Part shown: piece after piece, positions 1 to 11,167 of the stretch | Position numbering within the stretch: position 1 is the stretch's first letter | Layout: each line of letters starts with the position of its first letter | NCBI GenBank assembly: GCA_038087875.1 | Contig: CM075998.1 | Span: 2,544,001-2,608,000 of the forward strand | Origin: Malacoraja senta | Lineage: Eukaryota | Reading direction: 5' to 3' | Length of the DNA: 64,000 nt | Made by a program: the position numbers and the translations under genes | Notes under the pieces: model-generated | Databases searched by the model: none | Told to the model about the DNA's origin: nothing | What the model saw: the letters and a program-made list of their open reading frames with translations, nothing else

Positions 1-1123
1 TATTTTCAAATATGCGACTATTTGAAAAAATATACAAAAGATCATTATAATAACCCAGTAGATGTATTGGATGAGGCAATGCAGATAAAAGCTGAATCAG
101 CAAACTTAATATCATATTTGTATAATATCTTAAATGTACAAATACCATCTACGGAGGGTATCAGAAGAGACTGGGAACAAGTTAGCTATTAAAATTTCAA
201 AGGAAAGTTGGAATGAACACTTATTAAACGTGCATAAATGTTCAATTAATGTAAGACACACTTTAATACAATTTAAAATTTTACATAGATTATATTATTC
301 GAAAACTAAAATTCATAAAATTTTCCCAAATGTATCATCTATTTGTGATAAATGTCAATCCCAAGAAGCTACTATAGCGCACTCATTCGTTTTCTGTACA
401 AAAATTCAAAAATTTTGGAATGAAATTTTTGAAATCTTTACAAAGTTATTTAAAATAAGACTGATACCCAAAGCAGAATGGATTATCTTCGGAATAACAG
501 AAGATGGTCCAGAACTAAATGTGTTTCAAAAGAAACTAATAGACTATGGGTTAATAACTGGAAAAAAGATAATTCTAAAATTTTGGAAGAAGGCTCCAAT
601 ACCAACTATAAACATGTGGATTTCAAATATGTTCGAAACATTACACCTAGAAGAGATAAGACTCCTCCTAGCAGGTAAACCAGATCACTTCCACCTGACG
701 TGGTCTGCATTTATAGAATTATTACAAATATAGGGTGCAAAGGTACCTTTAAAAAAAAATTGAGGTCAGGTAAGGGGGGATGATAGTTGAAGAGTTGGTA
801 TGTCCCATTTGCGTAATGCTCATAAAAATATTTGTTTCTCTCTTTTTCCTCTTTCTCTTTCTCTTTCTTTTCTAGGGTCTATTTCTTAACTCTTTTTTTT
901 TTGTTTTTAATTTTGTTCTTGTAGGGTCTTCGTCCTTTTTTGTTGTCACTTTTTCTACACTCTCACTTTTTCCTTCACTTTCTTCTTTCTTTCAATCTTT
1001 TCCTTTTCTAGTGTAAAAAATAAATGGAGTACATTAATTATAAGAAGACATAAGTGACGAGTACTAATGTATGTGGTTGTAATGTAATGTACTTCTAATA
1101 AATACAAAATTAAAAAAAAAAAA
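1..1123 (+). mobile_element. 3' portion of an L1-clade LINE (ORF2 C-terminal zinc-knuckle region, 3' UTR, poly-A)
   Basis: ORF 134-733 has L1 ORF2 C-terminal motifs (IQFKILHRLY; CDKC...IAHSFVFC), followed by a pyrimidine-rich 3' UTR, AATAAA at 1097-1102 and an A-tract at 1112-1123. It lies in intron 1 of the PLEKHA3-like gene. Confidence 0.85.
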
Positions 1124-1730
1124 CAAAGTGATGAACTAACTCAGTGGGTCCAGCAGCATCTCTGAAGGACATGAATCCAAAGATGCTGCCTGACCCTATG
1201 GAAGTAGAGATATTAGGCTCTTGAACACTACGCAACATTAACCTGAGCAACTATGATCTTCTATGGACTGTGTCTTTGGTTGAACTACAGACTTTGGTTT
1301 TGCACAATTATGATTGCCTAGTACTAGTTATTAATTTATTGAATTATTGATTATTATATTATCTGTGTCATTTGTGTTAAGTTGCAGCTAGTAGGAATTT
1401 CATTGTTCTGCTGCCGATACATCTGACAATTAAACACTCTTGACTCTTTTGACTTAACTTCAGTTATATCGGGGCATGGTGAGACCACATCTGGTGTACT
1501 ATGTTCAGTATTGGTCTCCTGATTGGGGGATGTAAACGTATTTGAACTGCTTCTAGACTCGTACCTGGATTGGGTGGGTTGCCTTGTGAGGAAATGTTGA
1601 ACTGGCTAGGTTTGTATCTGCAAAAAATCAGAAGGGTTGGAGGGGACTTGAGTGAAATGTATAAGTCCTGAACAGTGTTGACCAGGTGGAGCGGATATCT
1701 TCTTGTGGGAGATTCTGGATAAAGATTCTG

Positions 1731-1962
1731 GTGGCACAGTGGGGGAGCTGGTAGAACAGCTGCCTCAGTGCCAGCAACCCAGGTTTGATTCTGACCTTGG
1801 ATGCTGTCTGTGTGGAATTTGCACATTCTCCTTGAAATTAACCCTAGTATGTAGGGAGTGGATGTGAAGTGGAATAACGTGGGACTGGTGTGAACAGATG
1901 ATCGATGGTCAGCGTGGGCTCTGGCTGAAGGGCTAGTTTCCACGCTGTATCTCTAAACTAAA
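1731..1962 (+). mobile_element. tRNA-derived V-SINE (HE1-like)
   Basis: Starts with ggtggcacagtgg (A box) and ggtttgattc (B box), has the V-domain-like tgtgtggaatttgcacattctcc, and ends in a CR1-type tail gaagggctagtttccacgctgtatctctaaactaaac. Confidence 0.7.
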
Positions 1963-2102
1963 CAAAGGTTGATCTCATTGAATGGATAAACAAACTGAAG
2001 GCACTTCAGTTTCTACCCCACCCCAATCTTTTCCCCACATTGTATTCATTACTTGTCTCTTGCTATAATGTTCTAGTGACTCTTGTAATCTGTCATTGGT
2101 AG

Positions 2103-5100
2103 GTTGGCAACCAAGGTACTTTGTGTTGGATGGCACCGTGTTCTCCTACTACGATTCACAGGAAGATGTCGACAAAGGCAGTAAAGGAAGCATCAAAATG
2201 GCCGTGTGTGAAATAAAAGGTAGAGCAACAATAGATTTTGGCATCCATGATAGTAATGTCTGCTAAGGTGGGTCTATTAGTTCCCATGCGATGCTGCAGT
2301 GTTAATTTATACTCGTTGCTATTTTGAGTACAAGATTCCTCTTCTATTCTGCCCATTGGGTTTTGCTGCATGATTTGTGTGACTAAGGTCCTAAAACAGC
2401 ACTTTGCTACCTAATCCCCGCAGTGAAGTAATGCATTTATCTTGTTAGTGCATTTAGCAGATAACACAAGGATGGACCTGATTATCCCAGGAGAGCAATA
2501 CTTCTACCTCAAGGCTATGAATGCGGCAGAGAGACAGAAATGGTTGGTGGCACTTGGAAGTGCCAAAGCCTGCCTGGCAAACAGCAAGACCAAGAAGGAG
2601 CGAGGTACTAATCTAATAAATCTTTCATTAGTTGCCATTGTTGAGGCTTTTTCATTTGAGTTGACCACCAAGAATTAATTTGCCCCTCCTACACACTTGC
2701 CATATTTTCCCACTACTACACGCTCATACACCATATGCAGCTGATTAACCTACCGATTTGCACGACTTGGGATGTGGGATGAAATCCATGGTAACAGGAG
2801 AATGTACCGATTTTTCAGACAGCCCTGAATGTCAAGGTAGAACCTGGGTCTGGGGAGCTGAGGCAGCAGCTCTACAAGCTGGGCTGCCCTGTGGAAATTG
2901 TGAAGATCCCCTACTAATGCAAGTCTCCACGTGATGGGGAACAGGCTGTATGACTTGCACAGCACATTGGAGACCAATTGATTCATCCTGCTGTTTCAAT
3001 TCTGTTCCATGCTGCCTGAGTCTAAAGAAAGATCCTGACCCGAAACGTCACCCATCCTTTTTCTTCAGAGATGCGCCTGACCCGCTGAGTTACTCCAGCA
3101 CTTTGTGTCTATTTTTGACTGTTTCAGAGCCATGAGTCTTGCAAATGAAATTTAATTTAAAGATGTCTAAAACAATCATGGTATATGGACAGCACGGTGG
3201 CACAGCTGGTAGAGCTGCTGCTTCATAGCATCAGAGATCCAGGTTTGATCCTCTCTGGTGCTGTCTGTGTGGAGTTTGTACATTCTCCCTGTGACTGCTT
3301 GGGTTCTTCCCAGATCTCAAAGATATGTGGGTTTCTAGGTTAATTGGCCTCTAAAATTGCCCCAAGTGTGTCAGGAGTGGATGAGATAGTGGGATACATA
3401 GAACTAGTGTGAACGAGTGATCAATGGTCGCATTGGATTCAGTGGACCGAAGGGCCTGTTTCCATACTGTATCTTTATACTAAATTTGTTCTATTTGAGG
3501 GTAATTCATTTTTTTAATTGTTGAAAAGAATGTAACATTTAAGTTTTTTAAATCGCTGCAGAAATCAGTGAAAATGAGGATTCATTGAAATTCAAAATGT
3601 CCGAGCTTCGTCTGTACTGTGACCTACTGATGCAGCAGGTCCATAAGATCCAGGAATCCGCACAACCGGTCGAGATTGGATCCACTCCAGATATTGAGGT
3701 ATTGTACTAGAATTCTTTCTGTAAGCCTTCCATGATCATGTAGCTAGAGAGACATCGATTTGGAAATATTGTGCAACAGATGGGGGGAAACTCACAAAAT
3801 CAGTCCTGTCGCCACCCACTGATGGCTCGGTAAACACAGAAGATTCAAAGTCCCATTTGCAACAATGTACTGTGGTTTGGGATTATAGGTGGGGCTTGCC
3901 ACAGTTATCCTCATTGCTGTGATGAAGGTGGGAATGGATTGCTGGGGGAGGAGGTGATGGTGCGGAGACATCCCTCCCTAACATTCAGTGAATTTTGACT
4001 GATCTTGGGATTAATTGAATTTTATCAAAGCTGCATTCGTAAATGTTCTAGACGTTTTATTTATTGAATTAACCAAAATAATCTAAGCAGAGACCTTGGC
4101 TTTATCCCCCGAAGACCCATTGTTCAGGATAGTTAATAATAATAATTATAATAAATACTTTATTAATCCCGTTTTCAGGGGATTTCAGTTGTTTATTTGT
4201 GCACGTAGGTATGACATATCTAGCTTGTAAAAACACAAGGACCCTCAAATTCAACTTACCTGGTATGCAGGGAATAGATATTGTTCACAATCCAAGAAAG
4301 ACTCAGTTGAGGGAGGTAAATGAGGTTTCTACTTTGTAGTGAAGTAACATGCAGAGTAAGTAATATCCAGGGAAAAGCAAAACCTAAAGAATCTGGTTTA
4401 TTTAAGGTGCTTCTTTGACTGGCGATCAAATATGTCAAAGTGGCTTCTTATTTACATTTATTGCAGCAACTGAACATCTCCAGCAACGCACATTCCTTGA
4501 ACTCTCTAGTCCTATCACATCTCTTCTGCAACATAGTGACAAGTAGTGTATATTGTGTTTAAACTGTGGCCTAATTTGTGTTTAATACTTTCTACCATGC
4601 TCTTGTTGTCTACCTCGAATAATAAAGGTGTTCAAGGTGACGTCAGAAGAGATAAGTGCTTTGTTCTGTGTCCAACACTGTCGGTTTTTGCACAAATGTA
4701 TTGTTTTCTTTCAGAAAATGAACGAGGCTTCTTCTTTGCTTAAAGCCACGTGCAATACTTTTATAACTACCCTAGAGGACTGTATGAAAAATAGCAAGTG
4801 TGAGAATATCCCCAGAGCTGCTTTCACCGCCTGAATCCCCTGCTGCTCATGTCACCTCTACACCTCTTTCGCAGGGTAAGTGGACATAAAATATTTTCAC
4901 TTTTATTATAAAGGTATTTCCACCCCTTGCTTGCGGGTTTCTGGGTTGAGGGAAGGGTGCATTTTGCTGTGTTATTGTCATGTAATGGGCTTTTTTTTTA
5001 TTTTTTCCTCCGTGGACAAAAACCTTGCTGTGGGCATCTCACTTTAGATACAGCTTGGTGTAAGCCCACTGCTGTTACCTTGTGGCATGTAGACCTGATG

Positions 5101-8100
5101 CAATAATGTAATATGTCATGGGACTGATGTTTGATGGTTCCTCACTGAGCTCTGGTAATTTATTTGGGAGAGGGATAAATGAAGCAATCAGGACAATATC
5201 TAATTATGGCATCAGAACCATAGGTTATATCTTAGTTAATTGAGACAATCGGGTTTGTTCCAGGTGAGGGCGGAACAGATGCTGAATTGGGGAAAAGTAG
5301 ATTTCTCTCGTGCATAGTTATTCCCAGTATTACCGCTCGATTTTAACACAAAATTCAGCTGCACTACCACAAGACCTACAGTGGGTGGATTCAGCTACAG
5401 AATTTTGGACTGGGGTCTTATAAATTTCAATTTAGTCGAAGAGTCTTGCTTTCAGGATTAGAGACGTTAACTTCTGTTTATTTTTCCTTTGTTTTAAATA
5501 AACAGGTTGAAGCGTTCAATAAGCCACAGTAGTGTTGTTGCACTCGACAGGTAGGTGTCCTGTCTGCTTGTGATCTATTTCGAATGTGTTGTTACTCCTG
5601 TGATAAATGGTTTGTGCATCAAAAATGCCATGAGAATCAAAAGAGGTTTGTTTTCTTATTTTTTTCCTCCGTGACTAAAATGTTCTGAACCAATATTCCT
5701 TCCTAAACCATCACCATGTTAACTGGTGATTTATCAACTTGTAGTTTAGTGTGTATTTGCTAAGCGCAAATTAGCTGCTGCATTTGCCTGCATAACAATG
5801 ATGAATTATTTGAAGAAAATATTTGGAAGATGTCTCTGAGAAAAGGCGCAATATAAGTGAATACCTAATTCATAGTACTAAATGTTGGCATTGTTGTGAT
5901 GATGCTGACACCAATTTCCACTTGCCTGGATTAGAATTGCTACAACAACAATAAAAGCTTGATTTTTATCCAGGAACAAGCAGGCCACTGGATTGGTACC
6001 TCATCCACCACCCTAAACATTAATTCGCTGGCACACATGGCCATCCACAAAATGCACTGCATTTACTCACCGAAGCTTCTTCAACAACACCTCCAAACCT
6101 ACAACTTCTATGACCTAGAAATATAGAGATGGAGGAACATTAGAAGCTGCAGGTACCGATCATTGTCTTTGATTTGGCAATATATCGTTGTTACATCTTC
6201 GCTGGATCTAACTAACTCCTGAAACTCCCTCCACAAGAGCACTATTCTGCTTACTTCACCAGAAGGATTGCAAGAGTTCAAGGTATTTGAGGCTTTTGGA
6301 AAGGCACATGGATGTGCAGAGAATGGGATCATGTGCAGGCAGATGAGATTAGTTTATCTTGACATTATGTTTGGCAGAGAATTTATGGGCCAAAGAGCCT
6401 GTTCCAGTATAGTTCTATGTTCAGGCTAGCAGCTGTGGCAATCTTAAGAGCAGTTAGGGATGGCAATAAAAAATAACCTTGCCAGCAGTGCCCATGTTCT
6501 ACTTCACCAAAGTAACACTGAATTAAAGCACTATGGGTAATTTCCAAATTGTGTGGTATCCTGGCTGCCTGTAGAGTTATCCATCTCAAACTATGGTGAA
6601 GAAGCAAACAGAACAGCTATTGTCTTTGTTCCAAAGTGGAGCTACACTGTATAAATTATGAATGTGCAGTGCCACTACTTAACCTTGTATTGCAGACTTA
6701 GATGTGTAGTTTTGTGTCTGCCTTGTTGATTCTGAACTGTTTGGCTGCAGGAGTGCAGAAGTGAACAAACCTGGCTCAGCCTCAGAAAGGTTCCATTACA
6801 GTAATGAGAAATTTGGAGGAAATGGCTGCATATCGAGCCAGCAAGTGGACGAGACCCCTGTGGAAATCAAGACCCCAGAAAGTAGTAACACGACACAGCC
6901 AGCAAGTAAGAACTTTTGCACTAAATGTATCTTCAGCCAGCAGAACACTGCTTGCCACAAACAAAAGTCTCAGATTATTTTGTCTTTGGTTCAGTGATAG
7001 AAACACAAGAAAGATTGTCTCCAAGGAGCATTTTACAAACTTTATACTCCATAACATTTGCTAAATTTTAAATATGACTGGTTACAGCGCAATTCTACAC
7101 TGCTCACCAATTGGAGTCAACATTTTTTTTTTAATCTGCCTGAGTGCATTTGAAGCAACAATAAGAATGGGTTATGTGGCTCCTTGTGCCTGCTCTGCCA
7201 TTCAATATCATGCTTGATCTATATCAAATCTAGTTTCCTGCTTCGTCCTCATCTCACTGCTCCCTGGGTGCCCAAAAATGTTTCCATCTCAGTCTTGAAT
7301 AGTGTATACTGAATGATACACAGCCCTTAAAGGGTGGTGTATTTTGGATTTTCTTCTTTCAAAGTGGAGCTATTACTCTTCTTTCTCAGCCCAAAATGGG
7401 TGATCCTTTATTGTGAGACACTGCCCCATTCTGGAATCTTCAGTCTGAGGAAAGTGACACTTTTGATCTTGCATGTTGAATGACGTCACCTCTCCTCAAG
7501 GTTGATGAGGTCTATTCACCTTCATTCTCTCCTTTTGTAAGACAACCACTGGAATTGATCTAGACAATCTACACTGTACTTCAAGGTAAGGATATTCTCC
7601 TCCAGCTATAGAGACCAAAACTCTACATGGTGCTGCAGGTGCGATGAAGCCCCGTAATGAAACTCCCTCCAGCTGTACACTGTTAAACCTGAGATGTTGC
7701 ATCGAGGAGCAAGTTGCAATGTTTTGTCCTTTTCCTAAAAGGATACTTTTTTGTCCTGCAAATCCCTTGGTTTGCTCATGGCAGATGCATGCTTTCTGAT
7801 GAGCAACATCACATGTAAATGGATTTGTGAGCAGCCTGTCCAAATACTCTCCAGAATGTTGAGTTGAAGAATGGGTAAGCATTTTCTATTTAACAGTGCT
7901 TTGCATTTCCCATGTTCTTTCCTGCACAAGTCTACATTTTCTATTGTTATAAATATCTTAATGATGTTGCTGAAAGGAAGTTTATCTTTCTTACTCCCTC
8001 AGCACCTCAACCAGAACACTGGTCTAATTGCACAAACAAATGTGGTGGTGGCAGCACAGTGGCATTTGGTAATAATACTACAAAAGTGACTGGATTTTTT

Positions 8101-11100
8101 TTTTGTGAAGGCTCAGCTGGTTCAGTGATTACCTTTTCAGGGAGGAATTTGTGAACCACACCAGTTCTGGCCAATGTCTCAAGTCCTTAACCACGTTGTT
8201 ATCTCAATGCCCTATGAAGCAACCATGCACCCTAATCAGTTGTGACATTTCCAAGAGAATAAAACTAGATAGACCACCTAGCTACGACTTCGGAACTTAA
8301 TTTGGACGTGGCAAACATTGTTCCCAGCCAAGCTGACCTTGCAACATCTCTGCACTAATACCTTGGGGCTGGTGCCCATTCCACAGACTAGTTGAGCACA
8401 GCCTGACCTGGTCATGCTCACAGAATTGTGCCTTACAGACAATGTGCTACATTCCTCCAACACAATCCCTGCATATGTCTTGTCCCACAGAAGGACAACA
8501 TCTCCATCGGAGATAGTGACACAGTGATGTACTGGAGGGAAAGAGTAATCCTTGGACTCAACAGAGTCAAGACACCCTGAGGTTTCATGGTATCAGGTCA
8601 AAACTGAGCAGAAAAAAATCCTTCTGTTTATCACCTACCATTGTCCCTCAGCTGATGAATCGATGCTCATCTGTTGAACTATACTTGAAAGGTCACTGAA
8701 AGTAGCAAGGGAATAACATGTATTCTGGGTGAGGAGTTGAGAGTATTTATCATATGCATTGGGAACGGAAGAATACTTGCTGCAGCTTTACAGGCCCATT
8801 AACTCAATAACACCACAAATAAATATGCAATAGTCAATAATACAATAATAATGGACCACTGTCCAACAGCAAGAGTATTTTGGCTCTACCAGTACTGATC
8901 AAGCTGGCCAAATACTGAATGATATAGCTGTCGGTTTGGGTTAGTGGAAAGTAGTGGGTAAATCAATGTGAAGGCTACATGTGCTTGTCTTCACACAAAG
9001 AACACACCCACCATCTTGTGCAGCATAAACAAATCAAATTGGATTGACTCTGACTGATCTGGTACTCAAAACTGCGCATCCATGAGGTATTAAGGACTCG
9101 GCAGCAGCTGAAATGTACACCATGTTCTGCAGCCTTGTGGTTTGGCATATCTCTATCTTCAATAATGGCAGGGCATGACATCAAGATTCAAGATTCAAGA
9201 TATTTTATTTGTCACATTCACATACACCCAGGTGTAGTGAAGTGAAATGCTTGTTGCCATTTTCAGCACACAAAAAAAGAGAAGAGAATACAGACACAAC
9301 ACCAAGATAGTCTTAACACTAAACATCCCCCCACAATGGCTCCCACCATGAGGGAAGGCACAAAGTCCAGTCCCCAACCCCAGTTCACCCATAGTCGGGC
9401 CCATTGAGGCCTCCACAGTTGCCTCTACAGAGGCCCGATGTTCCAGGCCGTTCTCACCAGGTGATGTTGTTCCGGCGTCAGGAGAGTCCTCCCAGCGGCC
9501 TGGGAACCCTGGAACGGCCGCTTCCGCACTGGGGGCCGCGGCTTCCAAAGCCAACAAGGCCGCGCCGGTTGGAGCTCCACAACTGGCGCTATCATCTAGA
9601 GATCCCAGGCTCCCGGTGTAAAGTTCAGCGCCGCCGCCCGCAGCTGGTCGCTCCACAGTCCCGCAGCTCCGCGATGTTTTCTCCAGCGATCCTCAGCTCA
9701 CCAGAGCTCCAGCGCGGCGACCCGGGCAAGGCACCGCCCGCTCCGCGATAGCGCTCCAGCGCTGTGCCGCCGCCGAAGCCGAGGTTCTGGGCGGTCCCCG
9801 ACAGGAACGCCGCTCCAGGCCCGCTGGTAGGCCGCGAGGACGGGTCGAAGCTGCAGCCCGGTGAAAAGCCTGCCTCTCCGGCCAGGTAGGGACCCTGAAA
9901 GGTAGTTTCCCCCTTCCCCCACCCCCACACAAAAAAGTCTAGACCTCCAAAACCAAACACTTTACTGACTGTAGATGCCACTACTTGGCAAACTCGCCAA
10001 TAACCTGCTCACTGATGCCATGTTTTAGTTTTGCCAGCACCACTTGGGTCAGAATTCTTCAAAGCACTGGTTTAAATGTGAACCAGAGCTAAATTTCAGA
10101 GGCATCATCAGTGCCTCTCTTGATGTCAAGGAAATAATTGTGGCGCATCGAGGAGCAATGGTAAAACTCAATTGTTGGTGTCATGCCTCGAACATAAGAT
10201 GTTTGTGGTTAATTGAAATCAATCATACCAACCCAAAGACATTATAGGTGTTCCTAAGGGTAGTTTCTTGGGGCCCAACATCTTCAGCTGCTTCATCAAT
10301 AGCCTTTGTTTCATTCTAAGGCCAGAAGCAGTATTGTTCCCTGCTGATTACACTATGTTCAATTCTAATTCAAGCCCGGCAAATGAAGCAGTCCATGCCT
10401 GTACGCAGTTAAATGTGGACAATATTCAGCCGTACATTAAGTGGCAAGTACCATTCAAACTATGAGTGTCAATCAATGATAGGCTCCAATGAGTCTTTAA
10501 CCATCTACACTTGATATTCAATAGCATTACCATTGCTGTGTCCTCCACCATCAACATCTGGGGAAGGGGGGTTCACCATGGATCAGAAACTCTATTGGGT
10601 CAACCACAGAAACAGCATGGCTATAAGCAGATTAGAGACTGGGTTTCTGGCAGTTAGTGACTCCCCTCTTACCATCCCTTTCCACAGCGACAAAACACAA
10701 GTCAGGAGTGTGAAGTACTCGTCACTTGTCTGGGTGACACAACTTCCAAAAACTCAAAGCTCAGCAGTTCTTTTTAATCGGCACCCTATCAACTACTGAA
10801 ACATTCATTCCTTACACTACTGATGTACAGTAGCTGCTATGCATACCATCTGAAAAATGTGTTGCAGTCACTCGGCTGGGCTCCTCTCTCAAACTCGTGA
10901 CTTCTACCAACAGGAAAGACGAGGGCAGTAGGTACATGGGAACACTACCTGCATATCTTCTAGATATATATTAGTGATCTGACTTTTGTTTTGGAGTGCA
11001 TTGGGGAGGGAAACTAGAGCTTGAATAATTTAAAACACATTTGGGTGCCATCCATACCTATATCAGCAGATTTTTTTTCAAGTAATCTGGTTTCTAACTT

Positions 11101-11167
11101 CACAGATTCGCCGCATCCGTCCCAAAATGCCGAGGATAAATCTACAAGTAGAGCCAATGGTGAATAA
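2103..11167 (+). CDS. PLEKHA3/FAPP1-like PH-domain protein (exons 2-8; exon 1 lies upstream of the window). The reading frame is disrupted in exon 5 as assembled.
   Basis: AG/GT-bounded exons: 2103-2219 ([39 protein letters not shown]), 2449-2604 ([43 protein letters not shown]), 3562-3698 ([32 protein letters not shown]), 4715-4875 ([25 protein letters not shown]), 5506-5550 (LKRSISHSS), 6751-6905 and 11106-11167 (stop TAA at 11165-11167). These match the FAPP1/FAPP2 N-terminus. No GLTP domain follows. The last two exons are supported mainly by splice phase. The symbol is left blank because synteny suggests a paralog rather than PLEKHA3 itself. Confidence 0.88.
3190..3485 (+). mobile_element. 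tRNA-derived V-SINE (HE1-like)
   Basis: Head cagcacggtggcacagctggtagagctgctgc...ggtttgatcc, V-domain gtgtggagtttgtacattctccctgtg, and CR1-type tail gaagggcctgtttccatactgtatct. Confidence 0.75.
8150..10950 (+). mobile_element. Old degraded CR1/L2-type LINE remnant, interrupted by a younger insertion at 9181-9968
   Basis: 10248-10310 translates to [20 protein letters not shown], a decayed RT motif (GVPQGSxLGP). Many stops and indels. Related 3'-end fragments occur at about 5970-6500 (+) and about 19440-20030 (-). Boundaries are approximate. Confidence 0.6.
9181..9968 (-). mobile_element. Young GC/CpG-rich non-autonomous retroelement (or LINE 3' UTR) with a (TCTTGAA)n tail
   Basis: There is an abrupt switch to CpG-rich sequence. 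The minus-strand 3' end reads gcatttc...aatgtgacaaataaaatatcttgaatcttgaatcttga, resembling the 3' tail of the Rex1-type LINE at about 60490-60570. Confidence 0.6.

Noticed and set aside
1731..1800. tRNA genes at SINE heads
   Set aside because: A/B boxes are present but they continue into V-domain and LINE-tail sequence without a complete cloverleaf.
4832..4834. In-frame TGA in FAPP-like exon 5 as a selenocysteine or readthrough codon (the exon's net phase still matches exon 6)
   Set aside because: The residues around it in that frame ([14 protein letters not shown]) are non-homologous, whereas the shifted frame matches FAPP1/FAPP2. Indels explain it better.
9195..9981. Several overlapping 76-153 aa ORFs in a GC-rich block, or a CpG-island promoter
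   Set aside because: The ORFs are expected by chance in GC-rich DNA and show no recognisable domain. The block ends in a retroelement-type tail inside an old LINE.
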